Shown piece after piece: positions 27,201 to 34,995 of a stretch of DNA of 38,381 nucleotides (positions within the stretch are counted from its first letter, which is position 1; each line of letters starts with the position of its first letter). This DNA comes from Candidatus Odinarchaeota archaeon. GTDB taxonomy: Archaea; Asgardarchaeota; Baldrarchaeia; Baldrarchaeales; DXJG01. The notes under the pieces are model-generated. The model worked only from the letters and a program-made list of their open reading frames with translations. It was not told where the DNA came from and made no database searches. A program made the position numbers and the translations under genes. The stretch lies in NCBI GenBank assembly GCA_021158895.1, contig JAGGSW010000033.1:1-38381 (forward strand), given 5' to 3'.

Positions 27201-28735
27201 ACAACTATGTTATCTTGATCTTCTACGAGTTCCAAGGTGAATACTTTTCTTCCCTTTTGTTCTAGTTTTCTTGCAACAGCAACATTGTCTCCCGGAACAA
27301 AATCTTTTGCTTCCTTCCATACTATTACTCCGTTTTCGATAGTCATCATCTTTGTTTCTGGGGTTAAGATAATTTGCCTTCCTGTTCTCGTTGTAACCTT
27401 TATTAGTTTTTCAGGTGATTTTAGCTTCCAAAACTCACCTGATGGCCTTGTTGAAACATTTAATGGATTTATTGTTTGTATTTTTACTGGGTCTGCACTT
27501 TTAGCTACAAGTACGCCATTTTTAATCTGCGTAAGTCCATCTTTTACCTTCTCTTCAAATAGGACTTCTATTGGTAAAAGAGTACTATCAAGTGCAACTA
27601 AAGTTCCTGGTGCTACGCAGAGCCCTGCTGCGGTTGAGCCTTTTCCTGATGTGTATATTCCTCTTGGGGCTATTCTTGCGACGTATCTTAGTAGTTGGCT
27701 TTTGGCGGTTCCTGGATCGCCTACTAGGAGTATGTTTGGTTCTCCTCTTATTCTCATTCCGTCTGGGAGTGTTTTTGGTACTCCTCCGAATAGTAGGAGT
27801 GCTATTGCTTCTTTTATGTCATCGTAGCCGTAGATTGATGGTGCGATGGATCGTATTATTTTTTTGTGTATCCATTGGTCTTTTGCTAGTTCTAGTATTT
27901 TTTGTTCTTCTTCTGGAGCTATTTCTAGTCTTTCTGCTTCTTTTTCGGTTAGTTCTACGTAGTTTGTTTCTATGAATACTCTGAATGTGGCTGTTTTTCT
28001 TCCTCGTTGCCCGAATTCTGGGGAGGTTTTTAATATGCCTATTACTGTTACTCGGTCTCCTGGTCTGGCGATGTCCACTAGGTCGTCTTTGAGGTAGGCA
28101 TCAATGAAGCGGGGAAGTTGTCCTGGTGGTAGGTCTTCAGGTCTTTCTTGTACGCGTATTTTTTGCCAGTCGATAAATTTTGATTCTTCGACTATTAGTT
28201 TGAATGGTCCTTTTCTTCTACATGTTGGATTTGTACATTGGACAGGGGGGGTGTATTTCCCCTCTTCTTGGAGGACCACTATTTTTTCGTGGCATCGTTG
28301 GCATTCAAAAACAGCTTCAATTAATTGTGGTTTTACTTCGCTTGCCCTTGTTATTATGCCATCTATAGCCACGAGTTGCCCTATGTGGTGGGATCTTATT
28401 TTTCTTAATGATATTTTTTCTGGGAGGTTTTTAAATCTAGGGTAGAATTTTTCTATTTTTTTAGCGTAATCGGGGTCCTCTATTAGCATGACATTTTTTA
28501 TTGCTCTTGAAGCTGATTCAATAAATTCCTCTGGGTTTTCAAGTGTCTTTTTAGCGAGTTCAGGATCGAATCTTAATAAATCTTCAAAGTCTATTATAAG
28601 CGACTTACTGCCTGTTAACGACATTTTTTGTAGCATAACACGATATTTGTAGGTTCCATCCTCTGTTCTGTAGCTTTTAATAAAATCTTCAAATCTTTCA
28701 ATGGGGTCAAATATTCCTTCAATCTTCATATTCAT
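24221..28735 (-). CDS. mcm: Minichromosome maintenance (MCM) replicative helicase interrupted by two inteins.
   Basis: 1504 aa with an N-terminal OB/zinc region (CQRCHE...CTNPTC), Walker A GDPGTAKSQ, Walker B CIDEFDKM, arginine finger SRFDL, and a C-terminal wH. The extein is 686 aa after removing 641 and 177 aa. Confidence 0.95.
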   Translation of the reverse strand: MNMKIEGIFDPIERFEDFIKSYRTEDGTYKYRVMLQKMSLTGSKSLIIDFEDLLRFDPELAKKTLENPEEFIESASRAIKNVMLIEDPDYAKKIEKFYPRFKNLPEKISLRKIRSHHIGQLVAIDGIITRASEVKPQLIEAVFECQRCHEKIVVLQEEGKYTPPVQCTNPTCRRKGPFKLIVEESKFIDWQKIRVQERPEDLPPGQLPRFIDAYLKDDLVDIARPGDRVTVIGILKTSPEFGQRGRKTATFRVFIETNYVELTEKEAERLEIAPEEEQKILELAKDQWIHKKIIRSIAPSIYGYDDIKEAIALLLFGGVPKTLPDGMRIRGEPNILLVGDPGTAKSQLLRYVARIAPRGIYTSGKGSTAAGLCVAPGTLVALDSTLLPIEVLFEEKVKDGLTQIKNGVLVAKSADPVKIQTINPLNVSTRPSGEFWKLKSPEKLIKVTTRTGRQIILTPETKMMTIENGVIVWKEAKDFVPGDNVAVARKLEQKGRKVFTLELVEDQDNIVVYGAKTFVKKILEELKSKYNLTTRELARKLGINENKLYYNWVNPNAKGNIPLHELIKLAKMAGYTYDEISNHIGFFSQRMGSKIKLPKCINQDFMYFAGLVAGDGSISRTNYGGYSIRFSNTSTELRNKFKKLVKNLFGASVEEGIDKHGTPYLRFHSKIVAHILKKLGIPESPKAHKIDMSEIMLSLSNNELAAFISGLFDCDASVVERETGSSIIEFDTTSEKLAKKLQLVLLRFGIISFLRKRSSAGKVEEFTDMNGRKKVIRTIHDRYVLTIYGENMKKFRDLIGFKYNAKKEKLEKVLSKRTKASTNVDVIPKIGQILEIVSKFYDLKIKKKYNGSSISRRKLQEIVIHLRNAEAKKVKIALPYEIKEKLASVLSSYKSKDLKKDLGIDKSQFYEYFRRKNRNIKVPLDILEKLATLLNEKNKKLAHKLNIKINQTRIQIELARKVIQYLDKLANSDIFWDKIKNVEILDSKNIPYVYDLTVKETHNFIANGIIVHNTAAVIRDPETGGMSLEAGALVLSDRGVACIDEFDKMNPQDRVAIHEAMEQQSYHPFFEITLADGTKVKIGDFVDNLFEQFLDRKIYGIDCEILPVSDLNIEILTTDFDKIFRTKINRVSRHKAPSRFIRILYSNGKEILVTPEHPVFVFKDGKIETVSAEELKVGLLVPAVREISSEGHKKLEISINGEKIEKVEIVENNGKFETEWVYDVTVEPTRNFISHGLVLHNTISIAKAGIVATLNARTAILAAANPKLGRYDHYRPPADNINLPPTILSRFDLIFILTDRPRVEVDKQVAEHILALHQMRTVEPPIPPDLLRKYIAYARKNVHPVLTPEAAKRIEQFYLELRSIGEAPTSPVPITARQLEALIRLAEAHARMALRDKVTVEDAEEAIRLMKLSLQQVGIDSETGQLDIDLIMTGHSKSQRDKMEKILDLIDELSEDVDKAVPVSKLIERASIEGIDEEFVKRAIERMKKEGIIFEPRPDHVKKA
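25013..25543 (-). mobile_element. MCM intein 2 (177-aa mini-intein with no endonuclease domain), starting with Ser.
   Basis: The junctions are HEAMEQQ | S...GLVLHN | TISIAKAGI. Codons tct 25541-43 and aat 25013-15 were checked. Block B is TPEH. Removing it restores the universally conserved MEQQTISIAKAG motif. Confidence 0.85.
25697..27619 (-). mobile_element. MCM intein 1 (641 aa) with a LAGLIDADG homing-endonuclease domain.
   Basis: The junctions are GKGSTAAGL | C...IIVHN | TAAVIRDPE. Codons tgc 27617-19 and aac 25697-99 were checked. There are two LAGLIDADG motifs (FMYFAGLVAGDGSI and LAAFISGLFDCDASV), plus an HTH-like segment (TTRELARKLGINENKLY) and a Lys-rich helical region of about 170 aa. 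Confidence 0.9.
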
Positions 28736-29288
28736 GTTTTTCTCCTTCTAATACTCTTCTCTTCCAAGTAGACAAGATTTTTGAAAGATATTTGTAAAGT
28801 ATTTTTTCTTCTGGTAGTAATGATCTGGTGGATGTTGATAATTCGGAGTTTTGCATGGATAGCTTTATGATTTTCCCTGTTCTTACAGTGATAAGATCTC
28901 TTAATGCTATTTTAAACTTCTCGTTGTTTTCTTTTGTCGTTTTTCTCAGCTTTTCTCCATGCTTTAACCCTATATACGACATGTTTTTTAGTTCTTGAAT
29001 TTCTGGTATTTGTGTTTCTTTCCATACATATTTGTAAATGTCTGTATACGATACATTAATTGGAAATTCTTTAAGTTCAGCTTTCCCCTCCTCTATTAGT
29101 GGTATTGCTTGCCAAAGTCGAAGTTCTATAATATCATCTTTTTTAAAAGGTCCGATGTTTTTCTTTCCCAGAGATAACTGTGGTATATCTTCAAGTATCT
29201 TTATTTTTACAATCATATTTTTTAGTTTAAAGGAAAGTCTTTTTAGCTCCGTGTCTTCGTCAGTAAAGAAAGTTGACATTAATGTCAC
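28719..29288 (-). CDS. gins23: GINS complex subunit, Gins23-type (B-domain at the N-terminus, helical A-domain at the C-terminus).
   Basis: About 186-189 aa. The segment GPFKKDDIIELRLWQAIPLIEEGKAEL resembles the Psf2/Psf3-like beta domain. It lies immediately upstream of mcm and overlaps it by 17 nt, as in crenarchaeal gins23-mcm operons. The likely start is ATG 29279, after AGGTGA. Confidence 0.7.
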   Translation of the reverse strand: MTLMSTFFTDEDTELKRLSFKLKNMIVKIKILEDIPQLSLGKKNIGPFKKDDIIELRLWQAIPLIEEGKAELKEFPINVSYTDIYKYVWKETQIPEIQELKNMSYIGLKHGEKLRKTTKENNEKFKIALRDLITVRTGKIIKLSMQNSELSTSTRSLLPEEKILYKYLSKILSTWKRRVLEGEKHEYED

Positions 29289-29364
29289 CTAATGAAATTA
29301 TAACGAATAGCTTAAAAAATGTGGGATTATTTCAATTAATAGCTTTTGTGGAGTTGAAAATTTT

Positions 29365-30774
29365 ATGACGTACATTTTAAAGTGTCCGAAATGTGGAAAT
29401 GTTTCTAAAGAAATGGGGCCTAATTATCTATGTGAAAAATGCGGCACATTATTAGAATATGTTTATGACTATGAAAACATCGATTTTAATTTTGAAGCCA
29501 CTAGAAATGGTAATATTTGGAGATACGAAAAAATTTTGCCCAATATACGAAGAAGAATAACTTTAGGTGAAGGAGGAACTCCGCTCAAGATAGCTGAAGA
29601 TTTAGCGAGAAAAATAGGATTAAAAACTATATTTCTTAAGGATGAAACTTTAAACCCAACAAATTCATTCAGAGACCGGGCTGCAGCTTTAATGGTTTCT
29701 CAAGCATTAGATTATGGATATAAGAAGATAGTTTGCGCGTCTAATGGTAATCTTGGTGCATCTATTGCTGCGTATTGCGCAAAAGCTCATATTCATGCAA
29801 AGATCATTGTTCCTAAAGCAACTCACATTGGGAAACTCGCTCAAATGTTTATTTATGATGCAGAAGTGGTGGAAAAAGGAGAAACATTAGACGATTCTTT
29901 AATTTTCGTTAAAAGAATCCTTACAGATAAGAATTTTTATGATGCAACCGCCGAACATAATTCTTTAACTATCGAGGGCCAAAAAACTATATCTTTCGAA
30001 ATAGTTGAGAAAATGGGGATCCCCGATTGGGTTATAGTCCCCATGGGGAGTGGTGGAACAATCTATTCTCTTTGGAAAGGATTTATCGAGTTAAGGGAAA
30101 TGGGTATTTTGGAAAATTTACCCCATATGGTGGGTGTTCAAGCAGAAGAATGTTCTCCAATAGTAAAAATGTTTTTAAATAAAAAAGACCACGGTTTTGA
30201 GAAAATGGGTATAAATACGCAGGCATTAGCTATATTGGTTAAGAAACCTGCTAACAGTTTTCTTGCTTTAAAAGCTATTAAAAATTCTAATGGTATTGCT
30301 GTAGCTGTTTCTGATAATCAAATCATGTTGGCAGAAAAACTTCTCGCCAAAACTGAAGGCTTATTTGCCGAACCAGCGAGTGCTTCAACTATAGCCGCTC
30401 TTTCAAACTTATTGAACGAAGGAATTATCAATAAAAGCGATAAGGTTGTCTGCTTGATAACAGCAAGCGGATTAAAAGCCCCATATGTTTTAGAAGCAAT
30501 TATTCGTAGAGGAAAGAAAATTAGCTTTAGAAAGAGCCTAGGTGTCAAGCTTCAAATTTTAAAACTCCTTGATATGGGAGTTTCTTATGGATATGAATTG
30601 TGGAAAGCTTTGGGAAGGGATATAAGTATTCAAGCTGTTTACCAGCACTTAAATGAGTTGGAAGAAAAGGAGCTTGTAAAAAGTGATTGGAAAGAAAGAA
30701 GAAAATATTACCAACTGACAGAGAAAGGCAAACATGTCTTGAACTTGCTTGAAACTTTGATCTTGCTATTTTAA
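29365..30774 (+). CDS. Threonine-synthase-like fold-type-II PLP-family protein with an N-terminal zinc ribbon, a substituted PLP lysine, and a C-terminal PadR-like wHTH.
   Basis: 469 aa. CPKCG...CEKCG is followed by a ThrC-like core (GEGGTPL, NPTNSFRDRAA, EGQKTISFEI, VGVQAEE, EPASAS). Residues about 393-469 (LQILKLLDMGVSYGYELWKAL...VYQHLNELEEKELV...YYQLTEKG) form the PadR/wHTH pattern. Confidence 0.8.
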   Translation: MTYILKCPKCGNVSKEMGPNYLCEKCGTLLEYVYDYENIDFNFEATRNGNIWRYEKILPNIRRRITLGEGGTPLKIAEDLARKIGLKTIFLKDETLNPTNSFRDRAAALMVSQALDYGYKKIVCASNGNLGASIAAYCAKAHIHAKIIVPKATHIGKLAQMFIYDAEVVEKGETLDDSLIFVKRILTDKNFYDATAEHNSLTIEGQKTISFEIVEKMGIPDWVIVPMGSGGTIYSLWKGFIELREMGILENLPHMVGVQAEECSPIVKMFLNKKDHGFEKMGINTQALAILVKKPANSFLALKAIKNSNGIAVAVSDNQIMLAEKLLAKTEGLFAEPASASTIAALSNLLNEGIINKSDKVVCLITASGLKAPYVLEAIIRRGKKISFRKSLGVKLQILKLLDMGVSYGYELWKALGRDISIQAVYQHLNELEEKELVKSDWKERRKYYQLTEKGKHVLNLLETLILLF

Positions 30775-30782
30775 ACGGTTAA

Positions 30783-32072
30783 TTATATAGATTCTATTTT
30801 TAAGAATCTTGCTGCACATGAAACGCACGGATCATAAGCGCGGACAAGTTTCTCTGCTTCTAAAGTCATTTTGTCTCTTGGAAGGTTTAATATTTGGGGC
30901 ACGTATTTTTTTAGGTCCTCTTGTAAGTTTCTGAGATTTTGTGCGGTTGGGGTAATTATATTGGCTGCTTCAACTTTTCCGTGCTTATTTATTTTGTAGT
31001 GATGAATTAGTAGCCCTCTGGGTGCTTCTGTTGCAGCTACACCCTCTCCTTCCCTGATTTCAAAGTCGACCCTATTCTTTGATGGTTGTGATTCGATTAA
31101 TTTTTCTACGAGAGAAATTGCTTCATCGATGAAGTGTATTATTTCTAATGCTTGAGCAACATTATTCATAAAGGGAGAGTAGCTAGGAAACTTTAGTCCG
31201 TAAGTTTTTAAAAATTCCTTAGCGGTATCGGAAAGACACTTGTAACTTATATTAATTCTAGCTAGTGCGCCAACCATATAACTACTCTCACTATTTCTGA
31301 GGAGATAGTGTCTCGCTGTGGAATATGGTACCCTTATACCCTTTATAAAGTCACAATACATTTCAGGAGGGAAACTTGATCCGTGGAGTAAAGTTACATT
31401 TCCTTCAAGCAGAGGTATTCTGCCCTCTTTGCTTACAGCTAAGTAATCGGTTTTTCTTTCAAAAGACGGCATTTCAAGCGAAAATATTAAATTAACGGCT
31501 TCTAAAGCTTCTTCTTTAAATTCTTTAGCCACCCTGAGTAGGCTTTCTAATTTATGCTTTGTCGGTAGAGTCGAAAAACCCCCTACTATAGGAGTAACTG
31601 GGTGAACTGATCGTCCACCTATAATTTCGGTTATGATGTTTGCTAATTTTTTCATTTTAAGCGCTTTCTTCACGTCTTTTTCATATTTTGGAAGCATTGA
31701 CAATACGCTTTCGTATCCCAAAAAATCTGGTAGAACGAAAAAGAACAGGTGAAGCACATGGCTTTGTAGATGGCCTCCGATTACTAATATTTCGCGTAAA
31801 TATTCAAGTTCTTCGGGTAATTCTATTCCAAGAGCTTTCTCCACTGCCTGAGTTGATGAAACTTTATGTATGACAGGACATACTCCGCACATTCTGCTTG
31901 CAATGTCTGGTATTTCTCTATAGCTCTTTCCTTTCAATATTTCTTCAACTAGACGAATACCTTCTGTAGCCTCTACTCTTAACTCTTTAACTACTTCATT
32001 TTCAAGTTCCACCGTCACAGTTAGATGACCTTCAATTTTTGGAATATCTTTTATTGTGATTACGTCATTCAA
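30783..32072 (-). CDS. hydA: [NiFe] hydrogenase large (alpha) subunit, group 3b (sulfhydrogenase/NADP-coupled) type.
   Basis: 429 aa with N-terminal RMCGVCPVIH and C-terminal DPCVSCAAR Ni-Fe ligand motifs. It is the last gene of a beta-gamma-delta-alpha operon. Confidence 0.85.
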   Translation of the reverse strand: MNDVITIKDIPKIEGHLTVTVELENEVVKELRVEATEGIRLVEEILKGKSYREIPDIASRMCGVCPVIHKVSSTQAVEKALGIELPEELEYLREILVIGGHLQSHVLHLFFFVLPDFLGYESVLSMLPKYEKDVKKALKMKKLANIITEIIGGRSVHPVTPIVGGFSTLPTKHKLESLLRVAKEFKEEALEAVNLIFSLEMPSFERKTDYLAVSKEGRIPLLEGNVTLLHGSSFPPEMYCDFIKGIRVPYSTARHYLLRNSESSYMVGALARINISYKCLSDTAKEFLKTYGLKFPSYSPFMNNVAQALEIIHFIDEAISLVEKLIESQPSKNRVDFEIREGEGVAATEAPRGLLIHHYKINKHGKVEAANIITPTAQNLRNLQEDLKKYVPQILNLPRDKMTLEAEKLVRAYDPCVSCAARFLKIESI

Positions 32073-32078
32073 TTCAGA

Positions 32079-32807
32079 TTACCTCCTCTCGACCTCGCTT
32101 TTTTGCAGTTTTTGAAGATGTTTAAGGAAGCTTGGCACTTCTATTTGGTGTTTCTGGAAAATTTCAATAAGCGAATCTATGTTTGCATCTTCGGCAAGTC
32201 CACGGCAACCTATACATTCTTTACCAACGGATGGACAAATTGCGTTGCATCCTCCCCTTATGATTGGTCCGAGACAAGGTAATCCTGCTTCGATGAGACA
32301 AGCTTTTTCATGTAGTATACATTCGGCACAGACATTGTAAGATTTAGGTCTTGGCGTTTTTCCAATTAAGAGATTCTTGAAAAGCTCTAAAAACTCGTTT
32401 TTGTCTATTGGGCATCCATATAAATAATAATCAACAGTTACGTACTGGTCAAGTGGTTGCGCGTTAACTAATGCTTCTTTCAGCTGTAATGGATTTTCGT
32501 AGTTTTTAAAATCCTTCACTAGGAATTTTCCGCCTGTACAGGCACATTCACCGAGTGCTACTAAAATTTTTGAGTTTTCTCTTAATTCTTTCACTTTTTT
32601 AACTTCTTTTTCGCTTGTTATGCATCCCTCGATAAACGCTATGTCAAGAGGTACTTTTTCCTTTTCTTCCTTCAGTACCCTAAAATCTACAATATCCACT
32701 TTACTTAATAAGTCAAGTATTTGATCTTCTAGGTTTAATATTTGTACTATGCATCCTTCACATGACGCTAAACTAAATATTCCAACCTTAGGTTTTTTAT
32801 TAATCAT
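32079..32807 (-). CDS. hydD: [NiFe] hydrogenase small (delta) subunit.
   Basis: 242 aa. The N-terminus VGIFSLASCEGC and further Cys clusters (GECACTGG, CAEC, CLGP, CIGC) are present. Confidence 0.85.
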   Translation of the reverse strand: MINKKPKVGIFSLASCEGCIVQILNLEDQILDLLSKVDIVDFRVLKEEKEKVPLDIAFIEGCITSEKEVKKVKELRENSKILVALGECACTGGKFLVKDFKNYENPLQLKEALVNAQPLDQYVTVDYYLYGCPIDKNEFLELFKNLLIGKTPRPKSYNVCAECILHEKACLIEAGLPCLGPIIRGGCNAICPSVGKECIGCRGLAEDANIDSLIEIFQKHQIEVPSFLKHLQKLQKSEVERR

Positions 32808-32817
32808 TTATATCCCT

Positions 32818-33642
32818 CTAAATTGCTGTTTCTAGGAAATCTTTAGTTTCTTTATAGGTAAAGACTGGCCCGTGTTTGCATACGTATTTTCTTCCTATGT
32901 TGCAGTGTCCACATATCCCTATGCCGCATTTCATTAATCGCTCAAGAGATAGAAATATTTGATCTTCTGGAAACCCTAATTTCAGGAGTTCTTTTGTCAC
33001 AAAGTGCATCATTATTGGTGGACCACACATTACAGCAACGGTGTTCTTCGGATCTACTTCGATTTCCTTAAATAGTACTGTTACAACCCCTACGGTTCCT
33101 TTCCAAGTCTCGTCGCCTACATCAACTGTTAAATGTACGTCCACGTGTTTTTTCCATGTTTCTATTTCCTTTTTGAATACTATGTCTTTTGGTGTTCTTG
33201 CTCCATACATTAATGTTAATTCGCCGTATTTTTCGCGATTTGAGAGAACGAAATTTATAAGCGATCTCAATGGTGCAAGTCCTATTCCGCCGCCGATAAA
33301 CAGTATGTTTTTATCCTCAAATTTGTGTGTTGGAAAGCCGTTTCCAAAAGGACCTCGTACTCCAACAGCGTTTCCTTCATTTAATTTAAATAACGCGTTT
33401 GTGACATCGCCTACTCTTTTTACTGTTATCTCGAAGAAGTTCTGCTGATTCGGTGATGACGATATCGAGAATGGTGCCTCACCATAACCGAAAACTGATA
33501 ACTCGATAAATTGTCCTGGCTTGTAGTTAAAGTTTCTTTGAACTTCCTTATCTTTAAAGATAAGTTTGAAGGTTTTTATGTCGGGAGTTTCTTCTCTAAT
33601 TTCTGATATTGTTACAATATCGGGAATGTATACGTTTTTCAT
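32818..33642 (-). CDS. hydG: Hydrogenase gamma subunit (FAD/NAD(P)-binding oxidoreductase with a C-terminal [2Fe-2S] cluster).
   Basis: 274 aa with an FNR-like fold (RPFSISS-like PFSISS, GGGIGLAPL) and C-terminal CGIGICGHC. Confidence 0.85.
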   Translation of the reverse strand: MKNVYIPDIVTISEIREETPDIKTFKLIFKDKEVQRNFNYKPGQFIELSVFGYGEAPFSISSSPNQQNFFEITVKRVGDVTNALFKLNEGNAVGVRGPFGNGFPTHKFEDKNILFIGGGIGLAPLRSLINFVLSNREKYGELTLMYGARTPKDIVFKKEIETWKKHVDVHLTVDVGDETWKGTVGVVTVLFKEIEVDPKNTVAVMCGPPIMMHFVTKELLKLGFPEDQIFLSLERLMKCGIGICGHCNIGRKYVCKHGPVFTYKETKDFLETAI

Positions 33643-33643
33643 T

Positions 33644-34723
33644 TTACATCCCTAAGACTTTTTTGAGAATTTCTCTTATGTCGATTCCAGCAGTACAGAC
33701 ATGTATACAACGACCACATCCTACACAAAAGATACTTCCAAATTCATCTACAGGATAACAATATTTATCGTATATTCTTTGTTTAACCCGAGATATTCTC
33801 TCTTTTCTGAATATTTCTCCTCCAGCAACTCGAGTGAAGCTTAAAAAGTGACACGCATCCCATTTTCTTACTCTTTTGCCCTCCTTAAGTGTTAGTTCCA
33901 TTACGTCGTATACGTCAAAACAATGGCAAGTTGGGCACGCAAAGTTACATTTCCCACAAGCAACACACTTCCTTCCATATTCATTCCAGAGTTCATCATT
34001 AAAAACTCTTATAAGCTTTTGATATAGCTCATTAGCCCCTGTCAGTTGGTTTCTTGATAATTTTTCTTCAACTTCACGTATTTTCTGATCACGCTTGATA
34101 AGATCATTTTCAGTTGCCTCTTGGAATAGATCTGAGTTGGAGTTTATAATATCCTTTCCCTTCTCACTTCCTATTTCAACAAGAAAGAACTGGCCGATAT
34201 CCGTAAGCAGTAAATCGAACCCCTCTTTAATTGATGGCCCGCTTTTAGTAAAATTACAGAAACAATACTCAGTTGGATTATTGCAGGTTATACAGATTAT
34301 TATCGTGTTTTTCCTGCGAGTTACGTAATAAGGATCAACTATTTCACTAATGAACACTTTATCTAGTAAAGTTAATCCATGTACATCACAAGGCCTAATT
34401 CCAATAAGAACTCGTTTTTCTTCCTTTATTTTGTCCAAGGGGTCACCAATTTCTACATCGTTATTATTTCTTATTTTAAAGGTGAAAAGAACCTCTTCTG
34501 GGGGGAAAAATATTTTTTTGGGTGGAAGCAGTGGAACCCCAGCCACATCCAACCTAAGTTCTGACCAATCCGATATTTTTTCAAAAGCAATTATTCCGTT
34601 TTTTTCCGTTGGACCATAAACTTGAAATTCTTTCAAGAATCGTTCAACTAGCACACCAAGTTTTTTCTTCGACAATACCATATATTTTTCCATCTTTTGC
34701 ACCCAGCTCCTACAGTTTAACAA
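33644..34723 (-). CDS. hydB: Hydrogenase beta subunit (4Fe-4S ferredoxin-domain protein).
   Basis: Two CxxCxxCxxxC-type motifs are present (CVACGKCNFACPTC and CVGCGRCIHVC). The track start is TTG 34723. ATG 34693 (MEKYMVLS...), 6 nt after GGGTG, is more likely. Confidence 0.8.
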   Translation of the reverse strand: MLNCRSWVQKMEKYMVLSKKKLGVLVERFLKEFQVYGPTEKNGIIAFEKISDWSELRLDVAGVPLLPPKKIFFPPEEVLFTFKIRNNNDVEIGDPLDKIKEEKRVLIGIRPCDVHGLTLLDKVFISEIVDPYYVTRRKNTIIICITCNNPTEYCFCNFTKSGPSIKEGFDLLLTDIGQFFLVEIGSEKGKDIINSNSDLFQEATENDLIKRDQKIREVEEKLSRNQLTGANELYQKLIRVFNDELWNEYGRKCVACGKCNFACPTCHCFDVYDVMELTLKEGKRVRKWDACHFLSFTRVAGGEIFRKERISRVKQRIYDKYCYPVDEFGSIFCVGCGRCIHVCTAGIDIREILKKVLGM

Positions 34724-34995
34724 AAATTGATATTTATTGTTTATTTTCGGTTAGGTTTCTAACTATAGGTGAAATCCGCCATCTATTTTGTGTAAACCGC
34801 CTATGCCCACGATATTTGTTTTTTCGCCCATTTCTGGTAATTTAGACTTAAATACTTTTTTCTCAGTTTTTTCTTTATTAACATATGATATTATTATAGA
34901 TGGGATTTATAGATCATGACGTTTCAATGTTTGTTAGAGAAAAATTTAAAAATGCATCAGACCCCCCCATTACTTTACTTCCCGGAGGTGTGTAT

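Noticed and set aside
24231-28445. Numerous 100-200-aa plus-strand ORFs in the track inside mcm (for example 24707-25153, 25140-25538, 27237-27827, 27571-27975, 28104-28445). Similar antisense ORFs lie inside gatE, purB, hel308, hydG and others.
   Set aside because: They lie antisense to long, well-supported genes. Their translations are low-complexity (Leu/Ser/Phe-rich) and carry no recognisable motifs. This is typical of shadow ORFs in AT-rich DNA.
30783-30830. The [NiFe] large-subunit C-terminal motif is DPCVSCAAR (Arg) rather than DPCxxCxxH.
   Set aside because: Arg at this position is a known alternative in [NiFe] hydrogenases (for example HycE-type). Without an alignment I cannot say it is unusual for this clade.
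34900-34995. A 32-codon N-terminal extension of fno in the track ORF (MGFIDHDVSMFVREKF...).
   Set aside because: The extension has no similarity to Fno N-termini. A strong GGAGGTG lies 6 nt upstream of the internal ATG 34996, which gives the canonical MTEKIAVIGG Rossmann start.
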